From: Vitrella brassicaformis CCMP3155
Taxonomy: Eukaryota; Protista; Chromerida
NCBI GenBank assembly: GCA_001179505.1
Contig: CDMY01001021.1
Coordinates: 1 to 6,070 of the forward strand
DNA length: 6,070 bases
Direction: 5' to 3'
Positions within the stretch are counted from its first letter, which is position 1. Each line of letters starts with the position of its first letter. The notes beneath the pieces were generated by a model, which saw only the letters and a program-made list of their open reading frames with translations, made no database searches and was not told the DNA's origin. Positions 1-6,070 of this stretch are shown here, piece by piece. The translations under genes and the position numbers were made by a program.

Positions 1-235
1 CACTGATTTACGGATGAGAGTCGTTTTGTCATGGTGACTGACCGACTGACTGACGGGACGGGCCGCTGGGTGCGTGGCGTACATGTATGGATGGTCAGTG
101 TGACTGTCTTCTCTCAGGACGGCAGTCGACGGGCGCATGCAAGAAGCACGGCGACACACTGAAGAGCATTTCGCCTCGTCATTGATGATATACCGCTGCG
201 CTGATGAAGGGAGGGAGATGTCAGCATCTCTGCCG

Positions 236-553
236 TGTTCTAGAATTGAGCAGCATTAGGGTAGGCGTTGTGAAACTGACATGCTAAGGTGACGGGCCTT
301 ATTGGGCCAAGTGAGTTAGGGAAGGACAAAACAGGAGCAAGATCGGGGAAAATGGTGTTGAAACTGAATGAGTTGGCATTGGACTGTTGAACTGTTGATT
401 CAATGTTGCTTGGTAAAGCTTTTTCATGCTCCAGTGTGGCCACTCGGGCCCTCTGGAGGTTGGCATAGTGTCCGTCGTTCAAAGTTACATCACTCACCCA
501 TTCTACTACTAGACACCGCTCCATCGGCACAACCACAAGCCGACCCGGGAGCA
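236..553 (+). repeat. Putative 5' LTR (~318 bp, TG...CA)
   Basis: The right end is inferred from CA at 552-553, 3 nt before the PBS. The left end is inferred from TGTTCTAG at 236, an imperfect inverted repeat of the end CGGGAGCA (5/8), which coincides with a shift to more AT-rich sequence. An alternative start is TGTGAAAC at 269. There is no second LTR in the window to confirm it. Confidence 0.5.
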
Positions 554-556
554 TTT

Positions 557-574
557 TGGTGCATCTGCCGTGAA
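557..574 (+). other. Primer-binding site, probably tRNA-Gly
   Basis: TGGTGCATCTGCCGTGAA directly after the CA-TTT junction and 52 nt before the gag ATG. It matches 15/18 with TGGTGCATTGGCCGGGAA, the complement of the 3' end of a typical eukaryotic tRNA-Gly(GCC), recalled from memory and not searched. Confidence 0.72.
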
Positions 575-625
575 GCGCAGCACGGCGGTCGAGTGACATC
601 GTGTTTGGACGACAGACTGGACACA

Positions 626-1976
626 ATGGCGAAGACCCGCAGCGGTCGGAATACGCAGGAGTCCTCTCCTGCACATGCGGCGAAGCCGATCACCAAGGCG
701 GCTAAGCCGAGGAAGCAAAGGACACGTGTGAGTGAACCATCGCGTGAAGTGATTCGACCCACCGAGGAAGCCTCACACGCAAATGTAGCTCCATAGATGA
801 GGCACCGCACGAACAAGGCGCACTGGCGCATGCCAATGATGGCACAAGTAGCCCAATCGACCTCTCACACACTGATGTGCATGAAGGCAGCAGCCGTCTT
901 TTTGGCCAGGGTGACCGCATGCCAGCACATGACATACAGAGGCCATCCGTGAACCTTCAGACTTTCAAAGGCACGTCAGACCTTGCTGTCGATGCATTCA
1001 TTGAGGGGGACAGGGCAGATGAGCAAGTGCATAACCTCGAGAGAGGTCAAATACTGCCATACGTCATGGCTGCACTGCAAGGCACTGCACTCAGAAGGGT
1101 GAACCGATGGATGAATGAACCGGGGAGTGCATTCAAGAGTAGTAGCAATAAGGCAGTACAGCTGGAGCTGCTCTTAGGCTACTTACAAAAGGAATTCGGT
1201 CAGAAGCCATCAGAGGCACTCGTGATCGCAGAGGCGATGAAAGCATGGCGGCAAAAGCCCAAGCAGACATTCAAGGAAGCATACGATGAGTTCTACGAAC
1301 TCTACGACAAGTCAAGCAAACCAGAGCCAGAGGCAGTCGACCTATTCATCAGTGGCTTGCAGCGCCAGCTGAGGGACGAAATATACCGCAAGAACACCGA
1401 CCCACGCTCATTCAGCGCCATCAAGGATATCGGCTTTGACGCTGAAGTGATTGTGATGCGCACGCGCAAGCACCCACTGGATGAAGAGGAAGAGAGTGAC
1501 GCCGAAATGACACGACCGTCAAAGCCGCTCGATATGAGATACGCGCGGTCGGCCAGCAACCTGAGCAGCCACCCAACAAAGCCAAAACAGGAGAGTCAGG
1601 CGAGGAGTGTGTTGAGTCGGTGCTTGCCTCTGTCAACGCCATGAAGGCAGAGGTCATCGAGAGCATCAAGGAGATGCAAAATGGCCCATCCAAACCACCT
1701 ACACAAGGGGCGAGACGCCCACCGTGGGACAGAAACAGGGGAGACGTGCCGACACAGCGGTCCTTTTATGGCTACTGTGATTGGTGCGAGAAGCAAGGCC
1801 ACCGATGGCGAGACTGTCGAGAATTACAGCAGCTCGTGCGAGGCGCCAGACGGCAGCGCGGACACAGACCTACACCACAGACAACAGGGGCAAACACAAT
1901 CAGACTGGAGCCCAATCATGTAGCCCCTCCTGCTCTCACACCACCACCAGCTCACCTGCAGCTGGAAAACGAATAG
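626..1976 (+). pseudogene. gag: Retrotransposon Gag (capsid-like domain plus zinc knuckle), split over three frames by two apparent 1-nt deletions; about 450 aa if repaired
   Basis: ATG 626 starts MAKTRSGR (frame of ORF 368-796). It shifts near 790-793 into the frame of ORF 877-1644: PSVNLQTFKGTSDLAVDAFIE...LQGTALRRV...YLQKEFG...WRQKPKQTFKEAYDEFYEL...VDLFISGLQRQLRDEI...SFSAIKDIGFDAE, a Retrotrans_gag/Ty3 capsid-like pattern. It shifts again near the A-run at 1505-1507 into the frame of ORF 1620-1976 (NDTTVKAARYEIRAVGQQPEQPP...) and ends LENE-TAG. 1351 nt + 2 = 451 codons. Confidence 0.85.
1776..1817 (+). other. CCHC zinc knuckle (nucleocapsid) coding segment
   Basis: Translates to CDWCEKQGHRWRDC, an exact CX2CX4HX4C, near the C-terminus of gag. 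Confidence 0.92.
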
Positions 1977-2030
1977 CTCCTCCGCAGTAGGGCCGGCGAG
2001 GGGACACAATAGAAGGAGAGACCGCCCTAC
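1964..2030 (+). promoter_or_regulatory. Candidate -1 programmed ribosomal frameshift signal (slippery heptamer plus H-type pseudoknot)
   Basis: G_GAA_AAC at 1964-1970 in the gag frame, one codon before the TAG, then a 6-nt spacer. Stem 1: CTCCTC(C)GC 1977-1985 with GCGAGGGG 1996-2003. Stem 2: GTAGGGC 1987-1993 with GCCCTAC 2024-2030, a perfect 7 bp. A-rich loop 2004-2023. Pairings were found by eye, not by computed folding. Confidence 0.75.
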
Positions 2031-3300
2031 ACACACCACACGGGAACCACCAAGTAGTCAGAGCAATGCATGCAGACACTGATTTGTCGCTTACTGATGG
2101 AGTGGTGCGTCAAGGTGATGCGCTCTTGCAGGAGCCTGAGAGGACGTTGTCCATGGCAGAAGCGTTGACTGGCCCCCACACTGACCGAGCACTCAGGAAT
2201 GATAGGAATGGGGTACATAATCCTAGGGTACCCATTGTTGGCTGCGGGAGGCAGCAGGAAGAGGTTTCGGCGTTGGCTCGTGCGTCTACCGCGAGTCGGC
2301 GTAAGCGTGCAGAGAGAGATCCATCCGCTCGTGGCGACCAAGGGGAGAAGGCGGCTACGGCGGCAGCCTGCCCTGGAAGTAAGCCCACATGTGTCGATCC
2401 GGCTGATGAGTGCCAGCCGATGGAGCGGGATGATGAGACTGCCTTGTTTGGTCGGGCCGCTGGCAGTCCGGAACCCGATCAACAGAGGGAAGAAACGGCA
2501 GGGGGGGACGCCTTCCTGTGGCGAGGTTCTTCATGGGCCGAAACCTAATGGACAGAGAGACAAGGATGGTCAGAATGAGGCTAGCAGCACAAGCTGGTGT
2601 GGTGGCGCACCGATGGCTGGTGCACGTGTGCATCATGTTGATGACGACTCGAATAGGAGGCTGCATTGCTGCGTAGCGGAAACACACGGGAGAGATGGGG
2701 ACGTCATGCCTGCAATCAGATGGCAGATATACGTACGAATGAGAGTGAATGGTGTGAGGGGGCATGTGTTGGTTGATACTGGTGCTGACCTGAGTTTGAT
2801 GAGTGCCAGGATGCTCGACAGACTCCGAAAGGAAGGAGACAGAGAGGTGACAATCGGTCCTGCTGACGTCAAGCGAAGTGTGCCGCATCACGGCGACGTG
2901 ACGGTCAAGGGGGGTCGTAAAGGACAGACACAACAACCGACCCCATAGCTGTCGATTTTTATGTCATTGATGACCCGAAACATGTCGTCTTACTTGGCGG
3001 CGAGGCAATCCGTGGAGAAAAAGTCATCATTGACCACAGCGATGGCAAAGTGCACGTCACGTCATGGCCGAGCTGGCCACCTATGGACTTGCCTCACAAA
3101 CAAGCAGAACAAATGGCCTGAGCATCGCAGCTGTTGGGCTGACTCGACTGGACATACCATTGGGAGAAAAGAGGCAGACTTGTCAGGTGCTCGTCACGAA
3201 GACAGCCATTCCAGCCGGCAGAGGCACATGGGTGCGTGCACGCTTAAGTGGACCTGACTGACCTGGCGATGTGCAGATAGGGGAGATTGGTTGTCTCCTA
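1964..3300 (+). pseudogene. pol: Disrupted, truncated pol: long hydrophilic linker, retropepsin-like aspartic protease and post-protease linker
   Basis: The -1 frame has a TAG at 1988-1990, then is open 1991-2548. A +1 shift (probably the G7 run 2501-2507) leads to QIYVRMRVNGVRGHVLVDTGADLSLMSARML (DTG 2775-2783). A shift near 2940 gives IAVDFYVIDDPKHVVLLGGEAIRGEKVIIDHSDGKVHV, a typical protease C-terminal xLG motif. A 5-bp tandem duplication (CACGTCACGT, 3053-3062) shifts into MAELATY...TKTAIPAGRGTWVRARLSGPD, with an in-frame TGA at 3259-3261. No RT motifs follow. Confidence 0.82.
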
Positions 3301-3367
3301 GTGCATCCAGCACGCTCGAAATGTTGCCTGAGAGATGACATAACCAACAGCAGCAGGCACAGCATCC
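2447..3367 (+). repeat. Copy 1 of a 921/920-bp near-identical direct duplication ending exactly at the gap
   Basis: Identical to 3668-4415 over 2447-3194. After that, 4 substitutions (3195/4416, 3272/4493, 3296/4516, 3298/4518) and one G indel (3280-3283 vs 4501-4503). Confidence 0.95.
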
Positions 3368-3667
3368 NNNNNNNNNNNNNNNNNNNNNNNNNNNNNNNNN
3401 NNNNNNNNNNNNNNNNNNNNNNNNNNNNNNNNNNNNNNNNNNNNNNNNNNNNNNNNNNNNNNNNNNNNNNNNNNNNNNNNNNNNNNNNNNNNNNNNNNNN
3501 NNNNNNNNNNNNNNNNNNNNNNNNNNNNNNNNNNNNNNNNNNNNNNNNNNNNNNNNNNNNNNNNNNNNNNNNNNNNNNNNNNNNNNNNNNNNNNNNNNNN
3601 NNNNNNNNNNNNNNNNNNNNNNNNNNNNNNNNNNNNNNNNNNNNNNNNNNNNNNNNNNNNNNNNNNN
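3368..3667. other. Assembly gap (300 N)
   Basis: Run of N. The round length suggests a placeholder rather than a measured size. Confidence 0.99.
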
Positions 3668-4587
3668 TTTGGTCGGGCCGCTGGCAGTCCGGAACCCGAT
3701 CAACAGAGGGAAGAAACGGCAGGGGGGGACGCCTTCCTGTGGCGAGGTTCTTCATGGGCCGAAACCTAATGGACAGAGAGACAAGGATGGTCAGAATGAG
3801 GCTAGCAGCACAAGCTGGTGTGGTGGCGCACCGATGGCTGGTGCACGTGTGCATCATGTTGATGACGACTCGAATAGGAGGCTGCATTGCTGCGTAGCGG
3901 AAACACACGGGAGAGATGGGGACGTCATGCCTGCAATCAGATGGCAGATATACGTACGAATGAGAGTGAATGGTGTGAGGGGGCATGTGTTGGTTGATAC
4001 TGGTGCTGACCTGAGTTTGATGAGTGCCAGGATGCTCGACAGACTCCGAAAGGAAGGAGACAGAGAGGTGACAATCGGTCCTGCTGACGTCAAGCGAAGT
4101 GTGCCGCATCACGGCGACGTGACGGTCAAGGGGGGTCGTAAAGGACAGACACAACAACCGACCCCATAGCTGTCGATTTTTATGTCATTGATGACCCGAA
4201 ACATGTCGTCTTACTTGGCGGCGAGGCAATCCGTGGAGAAAAAGTCATCATTGACCACAGCGATGGCAAAGTGCACGTCACGTCATGGCCGAGCTGGCCA
4301 CCTATGGACTTGCCTCACAAACAAGCAGAACAAATGGCCTGAGCATCGCAGCTGTTGGGCTGACTCGACTGGACATACCATTGGGAGAAAAGAGGCAGAC
4401 TTGTCAGGTGCTCGTTACGAAGACAGCCATTCCAGCCGGCAGAGGCACATGGGTGCGTGCACGCTTAAGTGGACCTGACTGACCTGGCGATGGGCAGATA
4501 GGGAGATTGGTTGTCCCTTAGTGCATCCAGCACGCTCGAAATGTTGCCTGAGAGATGACATAACCAACAGCAGCAGGCACAGCATCC
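3668..4587 (+). repeat. Copy 2 of the duplication, starting exactly at the gap; contains the second copy of the protease segment (DTG 3996-4004); probable false duplication
   Basis: Offset of 1221 bp (1220 after the indel) from copy 1. Both copies abut the N run. Confidence 0.93.
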
Positions 4588-4627
4588 ACTTTTCTATGTG
4601 CATGAATGTGTGTGGGGGTGTGTTACA

Positions 4628-4646
4628 TGTGTGTGTGTGTGTGTGT
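4628..4646. repeat. (TG)n microsatellite
   Basis: 19 nt of uninterrupted TG alternation. Confidence 0.95.
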
Positions 4647-4676
4647 ACCTGTGTTGCTGCTGAGGGTGTATCACTA

Positions 4677-4712
4677 CATGACTGCATGATTGCATGATTA
4701 CATGATTGCATG
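4677..4712. repeat. 8-bp tandem repeat (CATGATTG)x4.5
   Basis: CATGACTG CATGATTG CATGATTA CATGATTG CATG. Confidence 0.9.
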
Positions 4713-4773
4713 GGAGAAGGCGAGAAGATCGACTCGACCATCCTCACTCGTGTGCATGTCTTGCTGCTTGTGC

Positions 4774-4800
4774 ATGTGTATGTGTATGTGTATGTATATG
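4774..4800. repeat. 6-bp tandem repeat (ATGTGT)x~4.5
   Basis: ATGTGT ATGTGT ATGTGT ATGTAT ATG. Confidence 0.85.
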
Positions 4801-5040
4801 CGTCGTCTACTCACTGAGCACTGTGGCAATGTGATTATCCTTCTGTGGTGACGTGGTGGGTTGGCCGAGGTCAACCGGGCGTGCCAGCGAAGAAGGAGGG
4901 GAAAAGGCAGAGTGCGTAGTTGGGAAAGACGTGGGGTCCGAAGCGGCATGACGTGCTTGTGAGCGAGAAAGCACGGACATGGACGATGGACGCCCTGCGC
5001 CGCCTTTCAAAACACGCATCTATCTGCGGGAGAGGGATAC

Positions 5041-5101
5041 GTGTTCATGTATGTGTTCGTGTTCGTGTATGTGTGCGTGTTTGTGCATGTGCGTGTATGT
5101 G
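5041..5101. repeat. Degenerate GT-rich simple repeat
   Basis: GTGTTCATGTATGTGTTCGTGTTCGTGTATGTGTGCGTGTTTGTGCATGTGCGTGTATGTG, inside intron candidate 5024-5106. Confidence 0.75.
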
Positions 5102-5947
5102 CTTACGTGTCATGAGGGAGTGAGCACACTCAGGAGATGACAGTGGCAGCCAAATCAAGCCACACGTGCGGTCGGATAGAGGCAGTCCGACTGCAGCCAG
5201 AGAGAGTCGGTGTACCAACCATGTCAGTCAGCATGATGGAAGACGGGAAGAGAAAAAGGGCGGCACGCCTTCGGGGTCGTCGGTGATCTGACGCGCGATT
5301 TCAGACCACTTCGTCTCGGTGCTGGATCCGCGTCTGCTGCTGGGATGCTACTTCGCCTCGGTAGCATGAAGCTCGCCCAGCCATCACTTTGATCACCTCC
5401 CCTTGGCGTCGTATCGCTTGGACGCTCTGTCCTTGATGCCATTGCGTTGGACAGGCTTGTAGGCACTCGAGTAACAAGGCGAATGTGAATCCTAGCTCCG
5501 AAGAGCCCTGAAACAGCACACGTACAGAGGGCGACTTGAGCGTGCAGATCTCCTGATAGTGTGATTGGTGGTGCTCACCATGTGTGGTTGTTCTGGTGGC
5601 GATGCGATGATGCTGGAAGGTGAAGGCGGGACGTCCACGACCATCACCGTTGATGGGGATGCGCATCATAAGGAGGAGCAGAGGAGCAGAGAAGCCGAGG
5701 CAAGGGGGAGCCAGGCACCCGAACACTGGTCAGAAACACAACAGCAAGAAGTCGGAGGCCATCGCCTCGCCTGAACAGCAGAGTCGCATCGTGTTTTGCA
5801 TGATGAGGGATAGTGAGTGACCACAATGGGTTTCTGTGAGGCTACGTACCCAAGGGGAAGCCGAGGGGATATCATCAGTGTCAGGATTGCCAGCTTGGCA
5901 AGACGAACCACTGCGAGCTTGTGAGCTAGGGTAGATTGCTGTGTAAC

Positions 5948-5995
5948 GGAGAGAGAGAGGCGGAGAGAGGAGAAGACAAGGAAAGACAAGGAAAG
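5948..5995. repeat. GA-rich tract plus 10-bp direct repeat (AAGACAAGGA)x2.3
   Basis: GA repeats at 5948-5972 and AAGACAAGGA AAGACAAGGA AAG at 5973-5995. On the - strand this forms the pyrimidine tract of intron candidate 5939-6011. Confidence 0.8.
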
Positions 5996-6070
5996 CATTC
6001 TGAGGAGACACGATCTTATCAGCCATCACCGAAGTGAGATCTGTGTTGACCACCCTTCATGATGCCATAC

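Larger units (their letters stand above)
236..3300 (+). mobile_element. Degenerate, 3'-truncated Ty3/Gypsy-like LTR retrotransposon (LTR-PBS-gag-frameshift-protease; RT/RH/IN and 3' LTR absent). The 3' part is repeated at 3668-~4520.
   Basis: Seen in sequence, in canonical order: CA end followed by a TGG-initiated PBS (552-574), gag with capsid-like domain and CX2CX4HX4C knuckle, slippery site at the gag stop, then a retropepsin motif VLVDTGADLSLMS. Separate gag and pol frames with this type of gag and protease fit Ty3/Gypsy (established knowledge). The RT-RH-IN order that would confirm this is missing. Both boundaries are approximate. Confidence 0.88.
4548..6070 (-). other. Host-like intron-rich segment on the minus strand (unidentified gene, UTR, ncRNA or pseudogene)
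   Basis: Series of GT..AG candidates on the - strand: 6011-5939 (GTGTCT..ACACAG), 5849-5771 (GTACGT..GTTCAG), 5578-5508 (GTGAGC..TTTCAG), 5266-5191 (GTGCCG..CTGCAG), 5106-5024 (GTAAGC..CCGCAG), 4814-4764 (GTGAGT..AAGCAG), 4747-4674 (GTGAGG..ATGTAG) and 4648-4548 (GTACAC..TCTCAG). Lengths are 51-101 nt and the simple repeats fall inside them. No continuous recognisable protein was obtained. Confidence 0.45.

Noticed and set aside
70-117. Plus-strand intron candidate GTGCGT...TCTCTCAG in the left flank
   Set aside because: Plausible signals, but only 48 nt and the flanking exon frames give nothing recognisable. Too weak to call a gene.
215-230. Hairpin GAGATG-TCAG-CATCTC just left of the LTR
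   Set aside because: A single 6-bp stem is expected by chance and has no supporting context.
368-625. N-terminal part of ORF 368-796 (MSWHWTVELL...) as real coding sequence
   Set aside because: It runs through the putative LTR and PBS. The gag-like MAKTRSG start at ATG 626 is the plausible initiation site.
1974-2012. Stop-codon readthrough of the gag TAG as the route to Pol
   Set aside because: The gag frame hits another TAG at 2010-2012, and the long downstream ORF is in the -1 frame.
2199-2500. N-terminal half of ORF 2199-2948 (hydrophobic start, Arg-rich) as a membrane or signal peptide on the protease
   Set aside because: Better explained as an off-frame reading upstream of a +1 shift at the G7 run (2501-2507). 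The overlapping frame is continuous with the -1 frameshift site.
240-2936. Minus-strand ORFs over the element (e.g. 240-674, 490-831, 2027-2482, 2355-2936)
   Set aside because: No recognisable motifs. They are expected shadow ORFs in GC-rich coding DNA.
3183-4157. Long ORFs spanning the gap (3183-4157, 3194-3703, 3271-3897)
   Set aside because: Artefacts of translating Ns as X.
4620-4800. Short tandem repeats as a CRISPR-like or regulatory array
   Set aside because: Units are 2-8 bp with no unique spacers, in eukaryotic context. These are ordinary microsatellites.
5285-5311. Minus-strand peptide KWSEIARQI resembling a Myb/SANT helix
   Set aside because: Nine residues only, and the same frame has several stops just upstream.
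5565-5820. Plus-strand ORFs 5565-5774 and 5620-5820 as genes
   Set aside because: Short, no motifs, and local splice signals point to the minus strand.

Overview
This is eukaryotic, GC-rich DNA. About 236-3300 is a decayed, 3'-truncated Ty3/Gypsy-type (Metaviridae-like) LTR retrotransposon on the + strand. It has a probable 5' LTR (~236-553), a tRNA-Gly-like primer-binding site (557-574) and a gag broken by two 1-nt frameshifts (626-1976; capsid-like domain plus CCHC zinc knuckle). A well-formed candidate -1 ribosomal frameshift signal (G_GAA_AAC, 6-nt spacer, H-type pseudoknot; 1964-2030) is followed by a disrupted pol with a long linker and an aspartic protease (DTG at 2775-2783). No reverse transcriptase, RNase H, integrase, polypurine tract or 3' LTR is visible. 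Bases 2447-3367 recur almost identically at 3668-4587 on the two sides of a 300-N gap, most likely an unmerged contig overlap. From about 4550 to 6070 the sequence looks like host DNA: microsatellites and a chain of short GT-AG intron-like segments on the - strand, with no identifiable product. I found no evidence for a new biological system. The most notable element is the gag-pol recoding signal, whose -1 frame is blocked by a TAG inside the predicted pseudoknot stem.
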